In this document: in pieces, positions 30,032 through 38,107 of the stretch
How positions within the stretch are numbered: the first letter of the stretch is position 1
Layout: every line of letters starts with the position of its first letter
Assembly: GCA_050287085.1 (NCBI GenBank)
Contig: JBNKBE010000011.1
Span: forward strand, 32,001 to 96,000
Length of the DNA stretch: 64,000 nucleotides
Direction: 5' to 3'
Source: Polyangiaceae bacterium
Lineage (GTDB): Bacteria; Myxococcota_A; Polyangia; Polyangiales; Polyangiaceae
The notes under the pieces: model-generated
Database searches by the model: none
Told to the model about the DNA's origin: nothing
Seen by the model: only the letters and a program-made list of their open reading frames with translations
Position numbers and translations under genes: made by a program

Positions 30032-30196
30032 ATGAGCAACGTTTACTACTATCAGGAAAACGGCTTCCGAAAGAACGAGACCGCCAGAACCGTTGTATGG
30101 CTGAGCGTGCTCGCCATGTTAGCGGGGCTCGTCTATGGGCAAGTTCATGGCGCGCCGGAAGTCGGCGCTCCGCGCGTAGACTTAGTCGGGCAATAG
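30032..30196 (+). CDS. Small single-TM protein (54 aa)
   Basis: ATG after an AT-richer promoter-like stretch; one hydrophobic helix. Confidence 0.5.
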   Translation: MSNVYYYQENGFRKNETARTVVWLSVLAMLAGLVYGQVHGAPEVGAPRVDLVGQ

Positions 30197-30329
30197 CCCA
30201 GCCGGGGTTTAGCTACTATCGCTCCAAAGGGCCCGAGCGTCCCGCCCCAACGCAAGCCCCGATGAGCGCGAGCCCAGAGCCGCGGCACCGTTGGGATGGT
30301 GCATGCCAGCCCCAAGCCCGAACCCCAAC

Positions 30330-30810
30330 CCGAAAGCACCTTGTCGCCGAGGAGCTAGCAAAGCCCGGTGGGAAGCTCAACCTTGGCGGGCGACCTGTCT
30401 TAGCGCCTCGACGAGACTTGCGGTCTGTATTCTTGGGACGCCCTCCTGCCCGAGCTGCTCCGAAAGCCTAGCGCCGTCACGTCGCTGCAGCTGGCTTAGC
30501 GAAGCACCGCGGAGATCCTCACTTGGGCTATGGCTGTGCTCGGGCCCTACCGGCCGCAGCGGCTCCCGGCAGCGCACCATCATGGAGTCGGCGTCGACCT
30601 CTTCCGCTTCAAGCACGAGGGACCCGCTGTGGCCTTCTTAACCTGAGCACTGCGCGAGCTCCCCCGCTGCGTCGAGTTCGACCACGTCGTGATCGTGGGC
30701 GCCGACCTCGATAACTCCCCGGACACGGAGGAAGGCCGGCGCCTGATGCACGTGGCGATGGCCCGCGCTGTTCATCAGCTGCGGGTCGCCTGTACTCGCG
30801 GCACAACTCT
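30330..30810 (+). pseudogene. Decayed HelD/UvrD-like superfamily 1 helicase, C-terminal half
   Basis: One frame reads TLAGDLS*RL, LQLA*RSTAEI, LFRFKHEGPAVAFLT*ALREL, VEFDHVVIV, RRLMHVAMARA (motifs III-VI), with stops at 30401, 30497, 30644; HLVAEE (motif II-like) lies upstream in another frame. Confidence 0.75.
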
Positions 30811-31339
30811 AGAAGTAGAAACGGACCCCAAGCTGCGCCTCGGCGATATCCAACCCTAGGGCTGGGACCACGTACAGAGCCGGCGCCAGATCCAGAAATA
30901 CTTCAAGGAAGCTCGGCTTCGGAAACGTCAGATCCAAACCAACCGGCATGCGCCCGGCCAGGGCAAAGCCACCGTCGGCTATCCAAACGCGCCCCCCAGC
31001 GCCAATGTGCCAATCCAACTTAGCCCCTCGTCCCTGAACGATATCGTAGATCCAAAGATAGTCGACGTTGACCGTCAAGTTCGAATAGCCGTTGTCGCAG
31101 TAGCCCGGGCGGTTGGGTGCCCCGCCGCACCAGCGACCGCCAAGACCAAAGACCCCCAAGCCGAAGTCGAGAGCCTCATCTCGCTGCAGAAACGCCTTTC
31201 CGACCAGGCTCGTCGGACGGCCAATCGCAAAGCCGAGCCCGAAATCGCGGCCGGCGCCTACCTCCGTCGCATGAGCACGAGAGACGAAGCCCGCCAGCAC
31301 CACAGCGACCACCGCGAAGAAACGAACAAGCTTGAACAT
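30809..31339 (-). CDS. Small outer-membrane beta-barrel protein
   Basis: Signal peptide; FGLGF..G.P; amphipathic strands; C-terminal GVRFYF. Confidence 0.8.
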   Translation of the reverse strand: MFKLVRFFAVVAVVLAGFVSRAHATEVGAGRDFGLGFAIGRPTSLVGKAFLQRDEALDFGLGVFGLGGRWCGGAPNRPGYCDNGYSNLTVNVDYLWIYDIVQGRGAKLDWHIGAGGRVWIADGGFALAGRMPVGLDLTFPKPSFLEVFLDLAPALYVVPALGLDIAEAQLGVRFYF

Positions 31340-31511
31340 GGCCTCGTCATATCAATCCCCTTCGGATGTGCCAATCAAAGGGAGGCGCGGCCTTCGGGCC
31401 TATGGCCTCGGCTCGTTCACGCTCGTTTGCGTAGGGGTGTAACGCGCGCCGTCCGCCGCGGACGGCGCGCAGACGGGGCAGCCAACGGGCGGCCGCGGCG
31501 CACGCCCCACA

Positions 31512-31586
31512 GCGTCGCTGTGCGCGGCGTCCCTGTGCGCGGCGTCGCTGTGCGCGGCGTCGCTGTGCGCGGCATCGCTGTGCGCG
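31512..31586. repeat. Tandem repeat, 5 x 15 bp (GCGTCGCTGTGCGCG)
   Basis: Five adjacent copies, two carrying single substitutions; intergenic. Confidence 0.9.
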
Positions 31587-31629
31587 GCACACCGCCCCCA
31601 AGGGCACCGTCGCGGCACACCGCCGCGCC

Positions 31630-32103
31630 TCAGGCCAGGGTCTTGCGCAAGACGCGAAGCACGTCGCGCCGACTCACGATACCCACGAGCTGATCGTTGG
31701 AAACCACGGGCAGACGACGGACGCGGGCCGTCATGAAGTGGTGACAAATCGCGTACAGATCGGTTGAAGGCTCGATGGACAACACCTCCGTGCTCATCAA
31801 GTCAACCACCCGCGTTTGGCCAGCGACACCTTCTTGGTGATAGGCGCACGACGCCACCATCTTCATGCAGTCGAGCTCGGACAGAATGCCTAGCACCCGC
31901 CCTCCTTCACCCAGAACCGGCGCACCGCTAACGCGACGCTTATCGAGCAGAGCCATGGCCTCCGTCATCGTCTGTTCAGGTCGAAGAATGAGCAGATCCG
32001 TACTCATGAACTCGGATGCCACCGGCGGCCGTGGACGTGAAGTGGGGCCTGCCTTCTTCGGGTGTATCGACGCCCTCCTGATACCCTCTTGTAAACTCTC
32101 CAT
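31630..32103 (-). CDS. CBS-domain pair protein
   Basis: VSGAPVL..GILSELD; VRRLPVV..LVGIVSRRDVL. Confidence 0.9.
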   Translation of the reverse strand: MESLQEGIRRASIHPKKAGPTSRPRPPVASEFMSTDLLILRPEQTMTEAMALLDKRRVSGAPVLGEGGRVLGILSELDCMKMVASCAYHQEGVAGQTRVVDLMSTEVLSIEPSTDLYAICHHFMTARVRRLPVVSNDQLVGIVSRRDVLRVLRKTLA

Positions 32104-32389
32104 GGTCCCCCCTTTCACGAGCGGTTGAATAGCAGAGAGTCGCACATGCCCATCCGCTGTGCACGAAGAAAGAGAAACGCGCCCATCGGTGCAAAGCAGA
32201 AAGACCGTGCCAACTGGAGGACAGCCGTTCACTTTGCGGTGCGCATCCCTTTTGCATGCTCCGCCAGGCAATAGCCCAAAGGGAACGACCACGGTGTGCT
32301 TGCCCGCGCTCCAACGTCGCGTTATGAGCTCCCTACGGAACGGACTCCCGCTCGATGACCCAGCCCAAGTCCCCCGCGATAGCACCGAC

Positions 32390-32734
32390 ATGAACTCACC
32401 TGAAAACACCGACGAAATCCAGCCAACGTCGACCACGAGCCCCACGCGCAACACTCACGCCAGCGCCAACACCAGCGTGACCACGGCTACCCTGACGCGC
32501 GCGGCTATCGCGGGCCTTGCGCTCGCCGCTTGCAGCAAGCCCAGCTCAGACAGCACCCCGTCGGCCACGGCAGAGCCGGCCACCACTCAAGTTGCGACCC
32601 AGGACAAAGACTGCTGCATGGGCAAGAACGAGTGCAAAGGCAAAGGAGGGTGTGCCGTTCCCGAGTCACACGCCTGCGCCGGGCAGAACGAGTGCAAAGG
32701 CAAGGGTGGCTGCAACATGCACTGCCCCAAGTAG
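32390..32734 (+). CDS. Cys-rich lipopeptide resembling DUF692/MNIO-associated (bufferin-type) precursors
   Basis: Lipobox LAAC; two C.G.NECKGKGGC repeats; eight Cys in the C-terminal ~40 aa. Confidence 0.65.
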   Translation: MNSPENTDEIQPTSTTSPTRNTHASANTSVTTATLTRAAIAGLALAACSKPSSDSTPSATAEPATTQVATQDKDCCMGKNECKGKGGCAVPESHACAGQNECKGKGGCNMHCPK

Positions 32735-32801
32735 GCGCTGAGTGCCGACGCTGGCCTAGTCTTCCCGGGGCGAGAGTTGTGCCAGGGCGCCGTGCACCCC
32801 A

Positions 32802-34544
32802 TCATAGGTCGCGACGGTCCAAAGGTCTTTCGACGTTCGCCTCCTCGTAGGTTCGCATTTCCTGAAGCAGTGCTATCCCATCTGCCAGTAGGCTCACCCC
32901 CAACACGGCACCGCTACCCTCTCCCAGCCGCATAGCAAGGTCCAGGCCTGGTTCTAGTCCGAGGGCTTCCAGAGCCAAAGCATGTCCGGGTTCGCTACCC
33001 AGATGGGAGGCCAGTAGCACACCCTTCACCCCAGAGGTGCGCCGCTCGGCAGCCAACGCGGCTACCGTGACAATAAAGCCGTCTAACATGACGAGGCGGC
33101 GCTCAGCCCTGGCCTGTTCGATAGCGCCGATCAATGCCGCAATCTCATAGCCACCCCAGGCCACCAACGCGGCGTCCACGTTCGGCGGCTTGTGCTCCAA
33201 CGCGCGCCGAACCACCTCGCGCTTGCGGATGAGCCCGGGTGCAACCACCCCGCTACCAGGGCCCACCGTGACATCAGCAGGCAGGTCCAGTAGCCACGCC
33301 AGCAAACACGATGCCGAGGTGGTGTTGCCGATCCCCATCTCACCTAGTGCCAGCACAGTAGCGTTTGAAGCCGCTACTGCGGCGCGCCCGGCAGCCAATG
33401 CAAGCTCCAGCTCATCAGCCGTCATCGCCGGACCTCTTGCTAGGTTGCGGGTGCCACGTCGAACCTTGCGCTGCTCAAGGCCGGTGGCGGTACCAAAGTC
33501 ATGATCGACACCGACATCGACCACCCGCAGTGACAGGCCGTGACGGCGACACAAGACGTTGGATGCAGCTCCGCCGGACAGAAACTGATACACCATTTGA
33601 GCGGTGGCTTGCTGCCGGTACGCACTGACTCCCTCCTCCGTAACCCCGTGATCGGCGGCAAATAGGATGAGCTCCGGTGCTCGAAGCTCCGGCATCGGCC
33701 GCCCTTGGACCTGGGCCAACTTGGTCACCCAGGTCTCCAGTCGTCCCAAGCTACCCACGGGCTTTGTGAGCGCATCCCACCGCGCTTGGGTGGCGTCTAC
33801 ACCACCTCGGGGCGCGCCTGAGCCAAGCTCCTCGGGGGCGCCCCCGGCAGCGCGAGCGTGTTCCCGACGGCGCTGAGTGGGCCGTGGCATCTTGATATCC
33901 CAATGCTCCGCGTGCACCAAGTGCTCAACGGACAGTCTCTCGCGCCAGCCAGTGCGTTCCAGCATTGGCGCCGGGGAGAATTCCACGGGGAAGCCCATGG
34001 TCAGGTAAGCCACAGGCAGCACATCTTCCGGTAGACCCAAGAGGCTGGCCACAAAGTCCGGCTCATGAAGGCTCATCCAGCCAACCCCCAACCCCTCGGC
34101 GCGCGCTGCGAGCCATAGGTTCTGCACCGCCAGGCACGTCGAGTACTCGTCCATATGGCGCTGAGTGTGGCGCCCGAGAACGTTGGGCCCGCCGCGACTG
34201 CGATCACAGGTTACGAGCAGACTTATCGGCGCGTCCAAGAGCCCCTGTAGCTTCAGTGAACTGTACTTGACCCGACGATCCCCCTCGTGCGCCTGCGCGG
34301 CGCCCTCCTGAACTCGCAAGAAGTGCTGATACATCTTGCGCTTGGTTGCCTCCGCCCGGATCACGACGAAGTCCCAGGGCTGCATGAAACCAACGCTTGG
34401 CGCGTGGTGGGCAGCCTCGATGACACGCCACAAGAGCTCATCCGGCACCGGCTCAGGACGATAGTTCCGGATATCGCGACGAGCGAAGATCGCTCGATAC
34501 ACGGCGGCTCGCTCTGCGGAGGTGAAGGCGCTCTGCTCCGACAT
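32802..34544 (-). CDS. bluB-cobT: BluB (DMB synthase) - CobT (DMB phosphoribosyltransferase) fusion
   Basis: RRDIR, HHAPSVGFMQPW, LKLQGL, QNLWLAARAEGLGVGW; then LTKPVGSLGRLE, ADHGV, GEMGIGNTT, MRLGEGSGA. Confidence 0.92.
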   Translation of the reverse strand: MSEQSAFTSAERAAVYRAIFARRDIRNYRPEPVPDELLWRVIEAAHHAPSVGFMQPWDFVVIRAEATKRKMYQHFLRVQEGAAQAHEGDRRVKYSSLKLQGLLDAPISLLVTCDRSRGGPNVLGRHTQRHMDEYSTCLAVQNLWLAARAEGLGVGWMSLHEPDFVASLLGLPEDVLPVAYLTMGFPVEFSPAPMLERTGWRERLSVEHLVHAEHWDIKMPRPTQRRREHARAAGGAPEELGSGAPRGGVDATQARWDALTKPVGSLGRLETWVTKLAQVQGRPMPELRAPELILFAADHGVTEEGVSAYRQQATAQMVYQFLSGGAASNVLCRRHGLSLRVVDVGVDHDFGTATGLEQRKVRRGTRNLARGPAMTADELELALAAGRAAVAASNATVLALGEMGIGNTTSASCLLAWLLDLPADVTVGPGSGVVAPGLIRKREVVRRALEHKPPNVDAALVAWGGYEIAALIGAIEQARAERRLVMLDGFIVTVAALAAERRTSGVKGVLLASHLGSEPGHALALEALGLEPGLDLAMRLGEGSGAVLGVSLLADGIALLQEMRTYEEANVERPLDRRDL

Positions 34545-34600
34545 GACGCCGTCGGCATGGCATTCCCATCGCGTCCTGGCAACCCCAGCGGCGAAACGGC

Positions 34601-34873
34601 CTAGCGCCAGAACTCGACGTAGAAGCGGACAGCCCCTTGAGGCGCTACCCAATGCGTTTGCACCGGCGCTGCGATTCCGAAGGTTCCAGCCGCGAGCTGA
34701 TGTGTCTCGCCCGTCTCCTGCAGCGTGAAGGCCAGTTGGCCCGATTCGACTATCACCTTGGCCCAAACCCCGGAACGGGTCCTATGCTCACGCGTCAACG
34801 CGATGGGGACATCATCCTCCGTAAACGTACGAGTGCGCTTGTAGGGACAAACGCCCGGCGGCAGGGACAACAT
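34601..34873 (-). CDS. DUF1971 / TehB-YeaR-like cupin
   Basis: YKRT..FTE..P..L...H.T..GVW; P...HWV; FYVEF. Confidence 0.85.
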   Translation of the reverse strand: MLSLPPGVCPYKRTRTFTEDDVPIALTREHRTRSGVWAKVIVESGQLAFTLQETGETHQLAAGTFGIAAPVQTHWVAPQGAVRFYVEFWR

Positions 34874-34981
34874 GCTTCTTCATGCCACATCGGTGCCCGG
34901 GGCGCTCGACGTTCCCATCCCGGGCCCAAAGACCCAATTGCTTCAGACCCCGCCCCGGCCGCCGTTCAGGGTGTTGTCGTG

Positions 34982-35566
34982 ATGTCCATCCAGATCACTC
35001 CCGGCACCGAATCCGGCTCGAAGGTGCCCGCTGTCGGCACGGCAGGTCCGGGCTCGGCGCGAGAAGCGACGCCCCAAGAGCCCTTTGGACCGTCGTCCAA
35101 GGTATCCCTGTCGAAGACGGCTCGAGACTCCGCAGCGGGTCGCTCGGACCCAAGCGGAACGGGTCCCGAGCCGCTCTCTGAAGGTGAGCGACGCGAAGTG
35201 CAAGAGCTTCGAAAGCGGGACCAGGAAGTGCGCGCCCACGAACAGGCCCACAAGGGGGCGGGAGGCGGACTTGCCGGCGCCGTACACCTCGAGTACGAGC
35301 GAGGCCCGGACGGAGCTCGCTACGCAGTAGGTGGTCACGTTGGGATCGATGTATCGCCGGTCGAGGGTGATCCAAAGGCGACACTGCAGAAAATGGCCCA
35401 AGTCAGGCGCGCCGCTCTAGCTCCGGCCGATCCGTCGAGCGCAGACCGCCAGGTCGCCGCACGGGCTGCGGGTCATGCATCGCAAGCGCGCGCCGAACTC
35501 GCACAAAGTGAGCCCGACAGCGCAAGCCAAACGAATCACCCGACGCCCGGGCGGGTTGTCCAGTAG
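34982..35566 (+). CDS. SprA-related family protein
   Basis: RDQEVRAHEQAH, YERGPDG.RYAVGG.V.ID, AALAPADPSSAD. Confidence 0.85.
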   Translation: MSIQITPGTESGSKVPAVGTAGPGSAREATPQEPFGPSSKVSLSKTARDSAAGRSDPSGTGPEPLSEGERREVQELRKRDQEVRAHEQAHKGAGGGLAGAVHLEYERGPDGARYAVGGHVGIDVSPVEGDPKATLQKMAQVRRAALAPADPSSADRQVAARAAGHASQARAELAQSEPDSASQTNHPTPGRVVQ

Positions 35567-35576
35567 CGCCCTCGGC

Positions 35577-37835
35577 TCAAAGCGCCGGAACGTGCAGCAG
35601 CGGAAAGCTTGGTGATACGGCGATCACCGGCCGCAGTCGACCGTCCCCCTCGAAACTGAACTCGAGCTGCACGCCGCCGATCGGCACAACGCCGTTGGCG
35701 AGCAGCTGAGCGGTGCGCTCGCCAAGGGCTTCGTCGAGCATTTTGCGATCGATACGCCGCGCGCGCTCAGCTCGACGTTCACACGCTTTGCGTCCGGCAC
35801 AGGCTTCCTTCAGTCCAAGTACGCCCAGCTCCTGTCGCCACAGTGCCATCCACAGCTGAAGCGTCGGCGGCGCCGCGTTGCTGCCGTTGACTTCACGCAG
35901 CAGGGCCTCCACTTTGCTCGCGTAGTCCTGACGTTCCTCCCCCGTAGCAATCAACCCCCGCAAGATCAGCAGATACCCCGTCGCAGCGATCAGCAGCTCC
36001 TGCTCATCCTGGCTTTGCACCGCCGCACGAGGCGTGCCGACAACGAGCTCGTCTAGCACTTCAACGGCGCCTGGGAGGTCACCGGAGCGCGCGCGAACAC
36101 CCGCCAGGTTGAGAACGGCTCGCAGCCGTGCACCGAGCGGCATGTCTGCGTCAGCAAGGCGCTCAGCAATCTTCACGAGATTCGAACGATTCTTCTCCGT
36201 AGGGAATAGGTGTGCTTCGGCCTCAGCCCACAACACAAGCCAATGAGAACGCTCGGGCCCAGCCAGAGGACTCTTGGCGACCCGCGCCAAGATCGGACGC
36301 ACCGTAGCTAATTCCTCCGGGCGATTGTCTGCCAACGCGCTCCACAGCGAGAGCGCCGCGAAGGGGCGCTCCATCTCGGGAAGCAGCGCGGGCAGCAGAG
36401 AGCTCAAATGAGCACTCGTCGACTGGTCCTGGGCGAGCAGCGAGAGCGCACCCAGCACCCCGGCCTGCCCCCATGCGCGAGACGCAAGCTCCCCCTCGAG
36501 GGCGGACGCGCGTTCATTCAGTTGCTCGCGCCGCGCCGGGGCGATAGCGGCGCGCGGCGAGTCCGTCTGTTCGATGGTCGCGGAGAGCGCGCTCTCGAGA
36601 GCAAAGGCAAATAGGGCAATTCCAGCGAAATCCGGACTGACCGCCGTCGACGAAGCCGCCACCTCCTGCAGCTTGGAAAGGTAGCCAAGGTAACTTTCAG
36701 CCGTCGCGCTCGTGCCCTCAGGTCCAACGCGATACATCATCGGAAGTACGTAGCGGAAGCCGAGAAAGGCCTCTACCGCCTCAACATCCCTACCGGCGCC
36801 CTGCTGATAGCTCTCGTCAAGGCGTGCGAAAACACCGTCGGCACTCGCCTTCACAAAGCCCGCGCGACACAATACGGCGTTGGGGCGCAGAACAAATGGG
36901 CACGTCGTGCCGCCTAATTTGGCGAGCACCCAGGTGGTTTCGTAGTCCAGCCGTCCACTGAGCTCTGGAGCGGCAGCCAATACCGCCAACGCCTCCTGCT
37001 CGCGTGCGAGGCGCAGCAGCGCACGCGCCTTCGCAACGGGTGCAGCGGCCGGCCCGGAAACCACCTGGGCTGCTGCAATCGCTTCGTCCAACCAAGAGTA
37101 CTGACGTTCAGCAGACTGCAACTGCGCCCGAAGCGCCTGGGCTCGCTCCACGTCACCAGCCTCCGCTGCACTCAACGCGAGCGCAGCGGTCCGTTCCGGA
37201 AGCGCCTCCAACGCCTGCAACTGCTCCAGGGCCAGCCGCTCCAACTCGGCGTCTCTCAATGCCGTTGCGCATAGCGCAATGTCCTCTAGCGCGGCTGCAT
37301 CTGGCTTTACACCTGGCTTGGTAGCAGGCGCCCGAACCTTCAGGACGTGCTGGGCCGCCACTCGCAGCAGTGCATTGGATACCTCGCCCAGGTCGTCAAA
37401 GCGACGCTCCTCGAGCCGGAGCTGAACCAGTTCATCACTTGCCACCGTGCTCGCAACCAGCGCGCGGAGTGCCTCCAGCTCGCGGCCTCCCAAGGCGAAG
37501 TGAAGCAAGGGGCGCACGGAAATGGCCGGATTGCCCGGAGTTGTCAGGGCCGTACGCTGCTCCGGTGAAAGTCGCGACGCGTGCTCCTCGAGCGTCGTCC
37601 TGATATCCGCCGGAAGCACGGAAAGAGGATCTTGCGCTTGTGCGTGGCGACTGAGCGCCTCGTGAAGCGGCGAAGGCGGCGGTGGTGCCGGCACAGACGG
37701 CGTGTTCGCCGGTGGCACCGAAACCGGAGCGAGAGGCCCGCCACAGGCGAGCGCAAGAAAGCCGGCACTCGCCGCGATCCACATCGCGCCGCGCAGCCCG
37801 TCAAGACGGGCGACCCCAATACGACTAGAAACCAT
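35577..37835 (-). CDS. Large helical hypothetical lipoprotein
   Basis: Lipobox ALAC; Ala/Leu-rich TPR-like helices; 752-aa ORF. Confidence 0.7.
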   Translation of the reverse strand: MVSSRIGVARLDGLRGAMWIAASAGFLALACGGPLAPVSVPPANTPSVPAPPPPSPLHEALSRHAQAQDPLSVLPADIRTTLEEHASRLSPEQRTALTTPGNPAISVRPLLHFALGGRELEALRALVASTVASDELVQLRLEERRFDDLGEVSNALLRVAAQHVLKVRAPATKPGVKPDAAALEDIALCATALRDAELERLALEQLQALEALPERTAALALSAAEAGDVERAQALRAQLQSAERQYSWLDEAIAAAQVVSGPAAAPVAKARALLRLAREQEALAVLAAAPELSGRLDYETTWVLAKLGGTTCPFVLRPNAVLCRAGFVKASADGVFARLDESYQQGAGRDVEAVEAFLGFRYVLPMMYRVGPEGTSATAESYLGYLSKLQEVAASSTAVSPDFAGIALFAFALESALSATIEQTDSPRAAIAPARREQLNERASALEGELASRAWGQAGVLGALSLLAQDQSTSAHLSSLLPALLPEMERPFAALSLWSALADNRPEELATVRPILARVAKSPLAGPERSHWLVLWAEAEAHLFPTEKNRSNLVKIAERLADADMPLGARLRAVLNLAGVRARSGDLPGAVEVLDELVVGTPRAAVQSQDEQELLIAATGYLLILRGLIATGEERQDYASKVEALLREVNGSNAAPPTLQLWMALWRQELGVLGLKEACAGRKACERRAERARRIDRKMLDEALGERTAQLLANGVVPIGGVQLEFSFEGDGRLRPVIAVSPSFPLLHVPAL

Positions 37836-38107
37836 CGCGCGGCACCCTACACACTCGACCCGAAGTTAAAAGACCCAAGCGACGGGCGGGGCACCAGGCC
37901 TCCTCCAGCCAGCTCCGCCGGTACTCATGGGAGCGATCGAGCCGGCCCGGGTTCCAATTTGGACGCGCTACGGCGCGACATCCGAGCGGCCGCGACCCGT
38001 CCATCCCGAGTGCACGCATCCCGTCACGCCTCCGGTCGTCCTCGACTGGTGACGCCCGACGATCTCTGATATGCCGCAGCCAAACGGCCCAGCCGTTCTC
38101 CGAGGCA

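Noticed and set aside
30401..30646. Stop-codon recoding (Sec, Pyl or alternative code) to rescue the helicase
   Set aside because: The stops are mixed TAG and TGA and come with deletions and eroded motifs; neighbouring genes use TAG and TGA as normal stops
31512..31586. CRISPR array, or a real AAHSD/VAVRG repeat protein
   Set aside because: The repeats are contiguous with no spacers and there are no cas genes; the overlapping ORFs look like chance translations
32195..32215. Sigma-54 promoter (TTGGCACG) upstream of the CBS gene
   Set aside because: The -12 TTGC element is not at the required spacing
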